The notes beneath the pieces were generated by a model. It made no database searches, had not been told where the DNA came from, and was given only the letters and a program-made list of their open reading frames with translations. Both the position numbers and the translations under genes were made by a program. This document shows, in pieces, positions 23,416 to 35,962 of a stretch of DNA of 64,000 nucleotides. This stretch comes from Epithemia pelagica (Eukaryota > Protista > Bacillariophyta): contig OX337230.1 of NCBI GenBank assembly GCA_946965045.2, positions 868,001 to 932,000 of the forward strand, in the 5' to 3' direction. The number at the start of each line of letters is the position of its first letter. Within the stretch, counting starts at the first letter, position 1.

Positions 23416-24521
23416 TTCTCACTGTTGTCACGACAAACCGAAACACTTGGGTTTATTCGTGGCATTTGATGATGGCATGACATGGAATTCGTGAGGCCTC
23501 GAGGTCGTTCTTGCGAAATCCTCCATGGCCTTTCTCACTTCTCACTTTTGGCCAATCGTTCCGAATGCTTTCGATCCACTTCCGATTGCCGATTTTGACG
23601 AAAGAGTTCCCGTTTCTTCGTTCTTCCGAAACAACATGATTGTTGGTTGGCAGAGTGTGGGGTTGGGGTTTGCGACTTGCGATGGCGCGAATGACTGCAC
23701 CTTTTGTCGGAAGCGCGAGTTCCAAGTTCCAATGGAAGTGAGTCGCGTGACACGAACGTGATCCTCCGCGCAGTCACATGCACATGCCGCGCGTGCACGA
23801 GCCTTCCACTTCCCGTCTCTACCCACGTTCGCTTCGGAGCATTGGTACAGTATGCACTTGGTCTTGGTCTCTAGGTTGTAGGGCTTCGCCGGCCGACCCT
23901 CCACTGTTCGTCGCATTTTTTGAAGTGCTGAACTCGTCTGATTTGCATCTATCGACGATGGTGATTGGTGATACCGCGGGATGTAGTTCTCCAATCGCGA
24001 ACACTTTGCACAGCTGTATTCAGATGATAGTCGTCCATAATCTCCTCGAAAGTGTTCGCGATTGCACTGTTTTTGCCATCTTCCGCTCAAGTAGTAGCCT
24101 CCAACAACTCCGATCATGATCATCGCTGTCGGCTTTCGACACTGTCGGATTTGTGCTATCTCATGAGAATAGAAATACTCCTACTCCTACGTAGCTCTCT
24201 CTAGTAGAAGACAACAGAAGACGATGATCGATGATCCAGATCATGAGTATGTGCTTAGATTTTAATGCGATAGCCTCTTCATACTACCTAGTAGACTAGC
24301 GATTGATATGCACTGCATCGTGCGCCATAGGGATTGCGTTGTCCCAACGTTGTTGTGCGTGCTTCCACAATGCCGTACACCAATGGATGGGTCATCGGTG
24401 GTGGGTATGGACAGGTTGTGTGTTGTGCCTGATAATGGGGATGACTGTGAGTGAGTGGATTTCAAAATCTAAAGTCGTCCAGGCAGAAGAGGTGGAGTGT
24501 TGTCATCCCTGAACGGTCAGC

Positions 24522-25101
24522 ACGGTCAACATGGACTGTGGAGAAGGAGTGGTTCGACCCACACTGCGTAGCCCACACCAAACCAGTCAAAATCATCCAC
24601 GACATAAATCGAGTTGCGTTGGCCAACAATGTCGTGGCTTGATAAAACTCGAGGCGTTTCGGATCCAATAAGGATGCCGCATTGTTGACCACAGGACGCG
24701 TCGTCACGTGAGGCGACACCAACAAGCGAGCTCGTTCCTTGACTCGTTCTAGGTAGTAGGGCGCGAGTCAGGGGAGTGCGTTGCATAGGTTTGCCAACGA
24801 CTTCGAATCTCCGCTCCACAGATTTGGAAATGTACTGGGGCCCAATCATGGCATAGAAATCCTCCACGAAATCACATGACAGTGCATTGTGCATCGGAAA
24901 AGCACAATGGAGGCGACAGCAGTGGTTGGTGAGAGGATGATTTTGATCCGCCCGTAGTGTTCGAGTTTGCATCCGCGGCGGCCAAAGGATTCCATCGCAG
25001 TTCGCAGTACAGGGCAAAAATAAAAACCGGTACGGTTTCCCTTTGTATCGAGGAATTACTAGGAACGGTCGACATGGACTGTGGAGAAGGAGTGCTTCGA
25101 C
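24522..25101. repeat. Pair of 37-bp direct repeats (35/37 identical), 543 bp apart
   Basis: acggtc(a/g)acatggactgtggagaaggagtg(g/c)ttcgac at 24522-24558 and 25065-25101. Confidence 0.85.
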
Positions 25102-26532
25102 TGGGTTTGTCTCAATTGTTGTGGTTGTTGTTGTATTCTGGCTTGTTGTCTCCAGGGCAGTCGTCCTGGAAAAAAAGGGATGAGAATTCGACACAGATAC
25201 TAATGCAAAGAATAAACCATAGAATGTAGGCTTACCAGTGCTCTACACTAGCCAAAACAGCCTCTGTTTCCTCGTTTGTTCGTTGATTGTTGTTTGCCAT
25301 CGTGCCAAACAGAGCTGTTTTTGAGTGGTAAGCTATCTAAAGCTGTATTTCCCCACTACACCAGCACTCCATATCGCTTTGATTACAAATGAAGAAGTAC
25401 CAGGTGGTGAGAAAGTGAAATAGACAAATAACAATGTAAACGGAGCAGCACAAGCAAAATGGCAAAAAAACACATAGCATCTCCGATGAATGACTTCATC
25501 TCTACCAATCCTTCAATTTTTCGCACGAAACTCACACATCGTATTTAATGCTTACTTGTTTCGACACTCAAGAGGCTTCGACCTCTATCAGATGAACGGC
25601 GGCATCAAAAACAGAGTGTTATGGTGCGGTGGTGATTTTCCAATTTATAACTTTAACCCTAGTGAAAAATAAAACGTGCAATGACCAGCCCTTAATAGGT
25701 TATGATGCTTCGAGAGAAGTGAAAAATACTACTAAAGTACAAAATCGGGGTTTACTGTACCCCCCAACGAACGTGACCATTCTTTTCAAATCGGGCGCTT
25801 CGGATTTGTTGCCAACAGCGCACAACACAACGCATGTCCATTCTACTTTCTGGTCTAGAGTACTTCCAATGAGTGATGCATACAATACGGCGACGTATGG
25901 CGCACGCGAGCCATTCTTTCGGGTTGTCTGTTCTCGGCGATAAATGTCAATCAACGGACGCCGGATCTTTCCTCCCAATGACAAAAAACTCGAACATACA
26001 TTAGATAATAGTGCTGGCGCGCTTCCGTTGGCGCATCTCCTTATCTAAATTACAAAATTTGTTTGGAACGATCGCCGCTATCCGGTGCTCCGTACTCTCT
26101 GCAGGAGTGTGGACAGATAGAGAGCGACAGTTGACCAACAGATGCTGGAGTGACGGTCTTCCAAACTGAGTGTGCTTGTGTGGCGCCACACAAGCACGTG
26201 AAGCAAAATCCTTCCCACCACACGCAGTTTGCTCGTGGCGCCGGCCGTCGATTCATCCCACCACAGTAGAAAACCCCCCAGTCATCGATCCAAAGTGAAC
26301 AAAAAGAAACACTTCCAAGAAGTGTATGGAGAGAGGTAAAGTCGTGGTTGCGATCGGAAGTTCCAGACAAGTCCGGTGTGCTTTTTCATTTGCATCGCAT
26401 TGCTCTTTTCTACCAAGGACATTGGGAAGACCGAGCAAAAGCTGCAACAAACCTTCTCAAAGTTTGAACTGATAAGAGAAGCCTACCTACCTTCCAAGTT
26501 GTGTCGTGTGTGTTTGTTGTGCCGAATCCAAG

Positions 26533-28410
26533 ATGACGATGAAATTGCGATTGCGTCGGTTGTTGGGAGGGAAGAGTCGATTTCGAAAGGGTGCGTATGT
26601 TGAAGATGTACCTGATGCTGCCGAAGTATCGAGTGCATCGTCGGGTATCGCGTCCCACGATGAAGATTACTCCATGTATTACGACGATCCCTACGCCGAT
26701 GTACGAGACAAAATGGATCGTTTGGCGGAACGCGATCGCGCACGATATGCAACCCACACGCAACCACACAAACACTCTGAGATTAATATCCCATCTCTCT
26801 CTGCTTACTCTGTGTACATGGGGTACGCACTCATGATCATCTGGGGCCACATTCATGACTTCTGTGCCTTCCTCTTTTCCAGAGGACGGTATGTTCGCAA
26901 AGCTTCGGGTCTTCCAGGTGATAACCCAAAGTTGTTTGCACCTCTCCTCAAGAGTTGGGAGCACTTTTACACGAGGCGTCTGTACACGCGAGTGCAAGAT
27001 TGTTTCAATCGTCCCATCTCGTCCAATCCAGGAGCTCACATTGACGTACTGGAACGTGTGAGTGACGATGGCCAAAAGTCATTAAAACTGCTTGGATCTT
27101 TGAGCAATCTTGATACGGATGAGCAACGACAAGAATACCTACAAGGAGAACATTATCTCAAGACTGAAGATGGATCAGCTGCAAGGCACTGCCTCAATCT
27201 TGGTTCGTACAACTACCTCGGTTTTGCCGATGATTGGAGTGCGACTTGTGGAACAGATGTAAGGGGTTCTTTGAGAGATTTTGGTGTGAGTATGGCTGGT
27301 TGCCGTTCCGAAAGTGGTACCACCAAACTTCACCGTGAGCTTGAGGAAACCGTAGCAAGATTTTTGGGCAAGGAAGACGCGATTTGTCTGAACATGGGCT
27401 TTAACACAAACGCCACTACCATTCCTGCTTTGGTAGAACGTGGTGATCTGCTCATTTCCGATGAATTGAATCATACAAGTATTGTGAGTGGCGCCCGTGC
27501 CTCTGGAGCAGCCATTCGGATTTTCCGACACAACGATACAGAACACCTGGAAGAAATTCTACGTCAAGCGATTGTCAAAGGTCGCCCACGAACTCGTCGC
27601 CCATGGAACAAGATTTTGGTCATTGTCGAAGGTATTTACTCCATGGAAGGAGAATACTGTGATTTGACCAATGTTGTTCGCGTTTGCAAAAAGTACGGTG
27701 CCTATGTGTACTTGGACGAGGCACATTCGATTGGTGCCATGGGAGCGACTGGACGAGGAATCACTGAGTACTGTGGGGTTGATACAGCAGACGTGGATAT
27801 CATGATGGGAACCTTTACCAAGAGTTTTGGTGGAATGGGAGGATACATTGCCGCCTCCAAGGAAGTGGTTTCGTTCCTAAGAAAGAAATGTGCTGGTGCT
27901 ACCAGTCACAATTCGCTTTCACCCGTTGTTTGCCAACAGTGCCTAAGTGCCTTCAAGGTAAGATTAGTAACGGGCTCTGGAGTCGTGTTTGATACCCTTG
28001 TTCCTGTATCTGACAGTTGCTGTATTGCTTGACAGGTAATAATGGGAGAAGATGGAACAAACATTGGAAGGCATAAGCTGCAATCTCTTCGAGATAACAG
28101 CAATTACTTCCGTATGAAGTTGCAAGAAATGGGACTTCTTGTCATGGGGCACTACGATTCTCCGATCATGCCCGTCATGTTATTTCATGCTACCAAGATC
28201 TCTGCCTTTTCACGAGAATGTTTCAAACGAGGCCTCGCTGTTGTTGTGGTCGGTTTCCCTGCAGTACCCTTGCTAATGTCTCGTGCACGATTTTGTATCT
28301 CGGCGGCTCACACACGTGACGACCTGGATCGTGCGTTGGCGGAAATTGAAGAGGTTGCCGATGTGGTGAACCTTCGCTATGCTGACAACAAGAAAGCGCT
28401 CGAACTCTAG
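26533..28410 (+). CDS. SPT2: Serine palmitoyltransferase catalytic subunit (LCB2/SPT2), 2 exons, intron 27958-28035
   Basis: CLNLGSYNYLGFAD, SDELNHTSIVSGARASGA, VEGIYSMEG, DEAHSIG, PLP-lysine motif GTFTKSFG, and C-terminal VVVVGFPAVPLLMSRARFCISAAHT. The intron reads AFK|gtaaga...gacag|VIMG. Confidence 0.93.
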
Positions 28411-29079
28411 ATCATCGTGCAACCATGGCTTCTGAAATATACCACCATTAACACCAATGTGCATTATTCACAACGAATTCCGACATGCTGTAACTATTAT
28501 GCACTCGCAAGCATCAACTATACTCTATGTGATAATCGTTCAAAAGCACCACTACACCTTCTCATCGATGATAGTGTAGACTTCGGCTTGTGCAGTTCAT
28601 TCGGCCTGACCTTGACGGGCAGTACTACAAAACCTTTTGTCCTATGTGCCGCGTGACTGACCCTGCTTATGCTTATCCTTTCATAAATTTTCGCGCCAGC
28701 CTATCCTGAAGGGCTTAGTAAGAGAGATGTCGCTCGTCCGTTACGGCTATAAATCGCAGATGGATGTTCTCATTGCCCGGGAACTTTGAGAAGGTGGGGC
28801 AATGGATCTTCTCCGCGCTCGCCGCCAAAGAATTCTTGACACCACCTTTCAATCTCTCTAGCGGAATCCGGAATCATCTCTCTTTGTAATGTAGAAGCCA
28901 TACTGTATGTGCCTCATCTTACGCACATTTTCCTTGTAAATCTTGCACATCAATCGAGAGAGAGCGAGAATCCATTGATCGTCGAAGTCGTGAAAGTCAA
29001 GAGAAAGAGACGGGAGGGACTAGAGAAGACCATCGGTTTGTTTGGTGTGTGTCTTTCCAAGAACTACAACATTGAGATC

Positions 29080-30030
29080 ATGAAATTGAATGTTTCATCT
29101 GGACCAGAACTATCTGTGGGAGACGAGGAGCCCTCTTACAGTAGTACTATGATGGTGATGACAGCCACGAACAAGGCAAGAACGTCCGAACACGCGCATG
29201 TTCGATCCACAGACCTGCAAGACAGTAGTATAACGACTCCGACCGAGACTGGATCAATTTCGGAGGATGAAAGTTTGGGATGGCTGGGAGGAATCACTGC
29301 GGATTTCAAAACGTTGGCCTGTACTCTCAAAGAGACGGCCGGTGGAGTTGCGAATTTTGTGCAACGTTCGGCCATGGCTGTGGCGTCGGAGATTGCGCAT
29401 CTGGAAGAAGAGGAACTGGCAAGTCAATTGGAACGAAGCAACTTTGAACATCAATATGATGAAAACATTACTCTTCACCTGCCATGGGAAGTGCTATGCG
29501 GAGATCACTACGAAGAAGATGAGGTGCTCAAGGAAAAAATCCATGCGCTCAGTACCAAAGAGGAAACCTTTCTACGGCCCTATTCGGCCAAGGATGTCAA
29601 TGAAGATGTTGTCGTTGCAGGAGAATTGGAAGAGGATGCGACGAGGCCTGTCATACGACCTCCCTTCGTTTTGGACGAACCGCGGATCCAACTCGTTCGT
29701 CGAATCCTGGATCTCGACGAGAAACTAGCCACCATGCATGCCAGATTGTCGGGTCGCAGTGACGTGAAAGAAGCTGTCTTTTGGCAAAACTACTTTTTCA
29801 ACTGTGAATTAACCAGAGAAGAATACTTTGTTCTTTTGCCACCACCGTCAAATCCCATTGCACAATTGGAATCGTTCGATGACGTCGACGATGATAACGA
29901 AGAAGCAGAAGAAGAGGAAGGCGAAAAGGAAAAAGAGGGCTCCTTTGTGGAAATTCCGAGCCCTCCAGCCAGTCAACGAAGTGTTGGGTCTTTGGTTGTC
30001 ATCAACCCAGATATACCGCACATGCCTTAG
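29080..30030 (+). CDS. BSD-domain protein
   Basis: LPWE, then LATMHARLSGRSDVKEAVFWQNYF (BSD signature FWxNYF); acidic C-terminal tail. First plausible ATG is 29080. Confidence 0.75.
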   Translation: MKLNVSSGPELSVGDEEPSYSSTMMVMTATNKARTSEHAHVRSTDLQDSSITTPTETGSISEDESLGWLGGITADFKTLACTLKETAGGVANFVQRSAMAVASEIAHLEEEELASQLERSNFEHQYDENITLHLPWEVLCGDHYEEDEVLKEKIHALSTKEETFLRPYSAKDVNEDVVVAGELEEDATRPVIRPPFVLDEPRIQLVRRILDLDEKLATMHARLSGRSDVKEAVFWQNYFFNCELTREEYFVLLPPPSNPIAQLESFDDVDDDNEEAEEEEGEKEKEGSFVEIPSPPASQRSVGSLVVINPDIPHMP

Positions 30031-30603
30031 ACTTGGGGAACTAGATGAGCAACTATGCACGCAGAGCAGTCAACACAACATGTTATGTATGTCCATACAA
30101 TGTGCCCGCCCCTTGAGGGTTGTGAACGTACAAGTGAAATTTATTGGATTCATGTCTCTCTTCTTTTTGCCATTTCGATCCTGTTAACAACAACAAGTGC
30201 GCTGAGAAACCTTGGTACTAGTCCTTTCATAAAGTAAATGAAACGTAGATGCGAATTATCTATACGAATTAATGCCGACAAGAAGCGGCTCTTAGCTGGC
30301 CTTTTAAGCAAATCGATGAGGGAAGATGATCACTTCGAAGTTTCAAGGACAAAAATAACAATAAACAAAGCTCTCTATTACGAATTACCAAACTTGAAAC
30401 GAACTATCTACTCGTATGAGACCATTATCTTCAAGCTGGTTTTGGAAATTGCATCAACAGCCCATGTTAAGTCCTGCTGGAGCTCGTTCTATATTCATCA
30501 CCCACTTTAGTGAGGAGCAGTCTCCTCACGGTCGGTCGGTTGGGTATGCACATTATGATTCGACCACATATCTGCGTCAACACACGAACTGGTGTGTTAT
30601 TTA

Positions 30604-33243
30604 CTACGTGATACTCATGAGTTCACGCATGAGCAGTTCGTCCTCCTTTTTGACAAAGCGTCCCTTGACACGCAATCGACTTTCGGCAAAGTTTTTGCGA
30701 ACATCGTACTTGACCCCCTGCGTCCAAACACGATGTTTGCGTTTCTCCATAAACCGTTCCAGACGTGCCTTTCGACTTTCGGGAGAATAGGCACCCACCC
30801 ATCCATCCGGTCGTTCGACTTGCATTAATCCATGGCTATCCTTACTGGTCTTGAAGAGATTGGAATCGGTAGGAGAATGCGGTCGCCCGCAACCAGTGAC
30901 ATGCTCATCATCTTCGTCTTTTTGTTGTTGCTGTTGGTCCTTCTTCTTGCTGGACTGCGATTGCAATTTCTTTGATTCACTCTTTTTCTTATCCATCTTT
31001 TTGGGTTCATGTTTTTGTTTCTCCTTCTTTTTCTTGTCCGCTTCCAAACTTGTGGTGATACCACTTGCTGTTGGTGTCGTGGTCTGTGTCGTGGCCATAA
31101 GAGGTTTCCGGCCGGCAATTTGAATCCCTGTTCCAACCATGGATGGGGCTGTTGCCGTGGGAGCATTTTGGGCATTCGGATGGTGTGGAGAAACTCCACC
31201 GTGATGATGCGGAGAGATTTGTTGGACCCAGTGTCCATATTGCAAAAGTGCCGTGGGTGTCGAGTTGGTGGTTCCATGAGAGTGTGCATCAGATCCAACA
31301 ATGCCCGAAGCAGCATACTGTGTCGCGTTCAGGGGTTGCGGTTGTTGTCGTGGATCATTGATCAATGCCGAAAACAGTGAGTTGGAGCGATTTCGTCGTT
31401 CGTACTCCGTCATTTGGTGCACCTCGGCTGGAGAACCGGCCGCTGTTGGATCTGCATACGATGGATGCGGGGGATTCAAATGGTGATGATGATGATGTGG
31501 ATTCGGATGATGGCCGCTGCTGTTGAGATGGTGTTGCAGATTGAAGTGTGTTTGATCTGAAACAAAGTCTCCTGCAAAATCCAATTCACCAATTCCATCA
31601 TCGTCGTAGTGTTGAGGATAGTGGTGTTGATGTGGCGAAGAAGCAGTAGTTGTTTTGGAGGGCTGATGTTGCTGTCCAAGTCCGTAGTGTTGGTGCATCA
31701 ATTTGCGAGCGCCGGTAGTGCCATGCTGTGGCTGCATTGGTATTGGTTGAGAAAGGGACTGGCTACCTTGGCCAGAGAAATTGTCCGTTGCACCTATTTG
31801 CTGAGGATGAATGGCGCCCATGTGTTGTTGTGGTTGTTGATGTGTGACATTGTCATCGACGGTCAAGAAATCAAAGTCCAATTCTCCCAGAATGTCAAGG
31901 TCCTTGGGAAGTCGATGCTGCAGCGCTCCGCTCTGAATCATTTCTTCCAAGATAGAAGGATCTCCGGCTTCGTAACGATCCAAGGCACGTTGCATTTCTT
32001 CATCTCCAATAATAAACAAGTCGTTCAAAATACCCTTGGTTTGTCGATCCAACAACCCCTTTTCTTCCAGATAATCTGAAGCGGATCGCAGTTTCCCCGA
32101 CACACTGCCCGACCGCGGTCGTTTTCCAAAATGTGCCACTTCAAAAGAAGAGGCAACAGGAGGCGTATGGGAAACGCCATGTGGATGGCCGCCCATGTTG
32201 GGATGTGGATTGAGAACGGAGGAGAGAAAGGCCGAACCAGAACTACCATACGAACAGGGTTGTTGAGGTTGTTGCTGTTGTTGTGAATTATGTTGCGGTG
32301 GTGGTTGAGGAATCTTTTGAACTGCCGTTGGTGTTGATGCAAGATCCACCTTTTTCTCATCATGAACAATTCCTACAACCATGGGAGGCAGATTGGAAGT
32401 GACCGCATTTGATCCATGGGGCAAAGTTGCGGATAACGATTGGTTTCCATTGTCTTTCTTCAAATCACTACCGTCTCGCTTGTTGTTATTTTCATCCTCA
32501 TCCTGGTCACTGTCATGATCGAGTGTCGAAGATTCGGGTCCAAAAGCTTCCAGCAATACTCCCCGATCAGATTCCGTCAATTCCATGGCGCCAATGTCTC
32601 GGCTGTTGCTTTGTAATGTGCCAGTGGATGCAGCTCCTCCAGCAGTAGATCGATTCGATTGGGGACCAAAGGCTTCGAGAATGACTCCTCGTTCCGACTC
32701 AGTAAAGCCTACACTGTTAGCGGAGCGACTAGAGGGTTGTGCCGTTCCAAACATGGCATCGACTAACACGCCTCGTTCAGACTCGGTAAAGTCCTCCAAA
32801 GATCGATTGGATTGCGTCACGGAAATATCCATTGTGAGAGCTGTGTCATCGGTCGATCGATGAGTTTCCGTCACCATGTGTGCCACAGTTCGACCCGATT
32901 CGGTCACTGAGAAATCAATGTCCAAATTGCTGTTGTTGTTATTGTTTGTTGTCGATCGTTCCGACATCATCATATTTTCATCAGCCATTTCCCGTTCAAA
33001 GTTGGCAAAGAATCGAGATTTTGCCTCGTTCATCATGATGGGCTCTGGATTCTGCGTAGAAATGATTGCCTCAAGCCTTGATGGGTGAACAATCTCTCTT
33101 ATTCCCAAATGTTGCTTTGCTTCGTCCTTGCGTTGAAGCAATTGTGCGATGCTCTCGAGTGTTTGCGACGTTACGGCGTCTGAAAGAAACTGAAATGGCC
33201 AATGGGGGTTCTCAAATTCTGACTTCTGAACAAAGGGGCGCAA
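30604..33243 (-). CDS. CCT-motif protein (CONSTANS/CO-like/TOC1-type C-terminal motif), Q/H-rich; true start uncertain (first in-frame ATG 33036)
   Basis: C-terminal VGAYSPESRKARLERFMEKRKHRVWTQGVKYDVRKNFAESRLRVKGRFVKK is a canonical CCT motif. Confidence 0.85.
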   Translation of the reverse strand: MRPFVQKSEFENPHWPFQFLSDAVTSQTLESIAQLLQRKDEAKQHLGIREIVHPSRLEAIISTQNPEPIMMNEAKSRFFANFEREMADENMMMSERSTTNNNNNSNLDIDFSVTESGRTVAHMVTETHRSTDDTALTMDISVTQSNRSLEDFTESERGVLVDAMFGTAQPSSRSANSVGFTESERGVILEAFGPQSNRSTAGGAASTGTLQSNSRDIGAMELTESDRGVLLEAFGPESSTLDHDSDQDEDENNNKRDGSDLKKDNGNQSLSATLPHGSNAVTSNLPPMVVGIVHDEKKVDLASTPTAVQKIPQPPPQHNSQQQQQPQQPCSYGSSGSAFLSSVLNPHPNMGGHPHGVSHTPPVASSFEVAHFGKRPRSGSVSGKLRSASDYLEEKGLLDRQTKGILNDLFIIGDEEMQRALDRYEAGDPSILEEMIQSGALQHRLPKDLDILGELDFDFLTVDDNVTHQQPQQHMGAIHPQQIGATDNFSGQGSQSLSQPIPMQPQHGTTGARKLMHQHYGLGQQHQPSKTTTASSPHQHHYPQHYDDDGIGELDFAGDFVSDQTHFNLQHHLNSSGHHPNPHHHHHHLNPPHPSYADPTAAGSPAEVHQMTEYERRNRSNSLFSALINDPRQQPQPLNATQYAASGIVGSDAHSHGTTNSTPTALLQYGHWVQQISPHHHGGVSPHHPNAQNAPTATAPSMVGTGIQIAGRKPLMATTQTTTPTASGITTSLEADKKKKEKQKHEPKKMDKKKSESKKLQSQSSKKKDQQQQQKDEDDEHVTGCGRPHSPTDSNLFKTSKDSHGLMQVERPDGWVGAYSPESRKARLERFMEKRKHRVWTQGVKYDVRKNFAESRLRVKGRFVKKEDELLMRELMSIT

Positions 33244-33998
33244 TGGAACAAAGGAATTTTATGTGATTTTGTGTCCGCAACTGCTACATCATGGTGCGAG
33301 ACAAAACTATCCGCTGTAAAACAATGGGGGGAAAGACGCGCGAGACATCACGAGAATCACGAAAGACACAACGAACAAAAAACGGCGAGGAAAATTCTCC
33401 GAAACGCGAACTTCGTCTTCGGGAAATCTTCGTCGATTTTCAAGCATTTCTCGAAATGTCAAGGCCACAATCCCCAGCCGATACACAAAGCGTCACTCAT
33501 TTTACCTCATTACAGATATGAGAAGGTCTCGTTAGAGCGTAGCGTTGCTATCCTTCCCCTGTTCCAACTAGCGATGGAAGCCAACTCCTCTAGGAGTACC
33601 GTAGGTATCGGTAGGAGGAGAATGTTCAGAAGGCATCAAAGAAAGGCAATGAATACGGAAACGAATGGAATCAAGGTGCAAGATTGCTATTGATCTCCAT
33701 GTCTACCTAGATTGTAACGATCTTAGGACACGGGATTTCAAGGCATGGTCTTCTTCGAGGCTCCAGAGATTCGTCAGAACATGTCTTCGGATATGGCAAT
33801 GTCTCGCAACTTGCATCTAGGGACGAGAGTACTCGTTCGAAGTCATCCTTTACAGAAAAGATTTTGTATTTCTGATCGACGGAAATGGAACGACTCTGTG
33901 GAACCATCGGCGGGTAGTTTGGTCCAGACAATCTAACCAGGAGGACTCGGCAACAAGATTTAGTAATGATGGCCGTATTCATCCTCGGATGCAATCTC

Positions 33999-35134
33999 TC
34001 ATAACTTCCATACGAACTCATCAAACACTCGTTTGCCCATTTCGACACCCAAAAATAAGGCAGCGTTGGCGGGGAACGCTCGAACCAAGGTTGGTCCAAG
34101 TCCTGCATACAATCCAGCAATCCCTCGTTGATTGGCAATTCGCAAAAGTTCCGGAATGTAGCTACCCACGACATGGGTATCGTACCGACTTTGTATATTA
34201 GTTTTGGGTACATCAAAGGGCATGGCCAAGAACCAGCCACCCATACCCGCAAAGCCACCCGAAATAAAGTAGTTGAGCTCGTCCGGCATCCATGGAGCAT
34301 ATGTGCGAAACAAGTGACAACTAAGCTCGTAGCCTCCAAAAAAGACGGCATAGAAGGAGACATCTCGAGCCAACTGAGCATCCAAACCAACAAAGTAGGA
34401 CTTCCACCCTTGTTTCCGAACCATTTCTTTCATGATTTGATGCGCCGATGCATTGGAACCCAACACCACTTGCAGTTTGGCCTTGACAATTTCACTGGGC
34501 AACAACACCACGGCTGCAGCGACACCTGTGATTGCCCCCATTGCAAACGGTTTCAACACCGTCTCAAGTCTCTGCTGTTGTACGGATATTGTTGTGTCAG
34601 TCGGGTCGCGGGAAAATGCTCGTTTCAAGGCTTCATTCACAGGAAATGCCACGGCATTTTCAGCCGCCATGCCCAAGACGGTTGGTATAGCACCCTTTTT
34701 TTAACAAAGGGAGAATGAACACAGTGATATTAGTTACATTCAGACACTGTTCGATACGATAGATCCTACGCCACCCGTTGGTCTCACCTTCCAAAAGGCC
34801 GATATACCTTCATTTCTCAATATGAGCATGGTCGACGACATGACTCCACTGAATTGGGATGGGTAGGCTTGCATTCGAACCTGCCAAACACGTGAACAAA
34901 GTGCGTGCTCCATGTGAGAGATTGCTCGACAGGAACGAGAACCACACTGCATCAAAGAATGCAAGGGCCCACACATTTGGCAACTATACGGACCTTGACG
35001 GTATCGAACGGCTGTCCTGTGTAACAGCAACAAATGCTTCCGAGGGTCGCGGAGAATACATCGCGGGTTATGGCCCGAGGATCGGATATACTTTTGTTCG
35101 TCGCGGTGCCCGTTGTGGCCGAGACGTCCGACAT
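33999..35134 (-). CDS. Mitochondrial carrier (SLC25; ornithine/carnitine/basic amino-acid carrier-like), 3 exons, introns 34881-34993 and 34695-34787
   Basis: Three carrier signature repeats: PFDTVKVRMQ, PSEIVKAKLQ, PFDVPKTNIQ. G-L-Y-A-G-L-G-P-T-L-V-R-A-F-P-A-N-A at the end. Both introns are GT-AG in phase 0. Confidence 0.9.
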
Positions 35135-35962
35135 GGTCAAACCAGAATACTAGATGGGCAGTAGGGCGTTGGAATTTGATATTCTGCCCTTTTCTCACAA
35201 CCTGGGGTGGTCAGTGAAAAGGGATTGCGAAGGAATCTAAGTTAACAATGGAGTTGGTTGATCCTGCTTGTCTTTTGACAATCTTCAGTCTTCACCAGTG
35301 GACTCCGTTGCGCGCCGACCTGTTACAGTAAGAACATCATGGTCCTTGATCTACGTGTGTTGGAACGACGAAGTCGCCTTGAAGATCGGCCATGCCCCGA
35401 ATTATTTGGTCTTGATGACGGGTGACTGACTCCCGGAAGGGTCGTATTCGTGACTTGATAAAGAGATTTGATTGGCTCCCAGCAAATCCGTGGCATCCAT
35501 CGCTGACATCAGCGAGCCTCGTCCATCACCCCCACCTCATTTACTACTCCCTAGCTTCTCTGATTATTATTCCTAGCTTCAATCATTAATTTGTTGCTAA
35601 TATTCTTCCTCTGGATCCATTGGAAACGATAAAAAGTCGCTGTGACCCATGAATCTTGTGGGCACACACACCAAAGCAACAGCCACCCATTGTGTGTTGT
35701 TGCGTTGATTGTCGTTGTGTCTATTCGCTGCTGACTTTGTTGTTTCGAGAGGGCTTCGTGTTGTGGTCTGTGTACGCCGAGACGTAATCTTTTCTCTTGT
35801 TGTTCTGACAACAACAACAGAAACATTCCGAAGAACACACAACATAGGGGCGGCGGTATTGGTTCCATTGGAACGACATCTACATACTACTTCTTCATTA
35901 CTTCCACAGGTTTTTGATTCCTTTGATTCACCTCGAATCTACGACAGAACGAAAGATACAAA

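Noticed and set aside
23542-24123. 193-aa minus-strand ORF with scattered Cys
   Set aside because: No domain signature; overlapping ORFs of similar quality occur in several frames.
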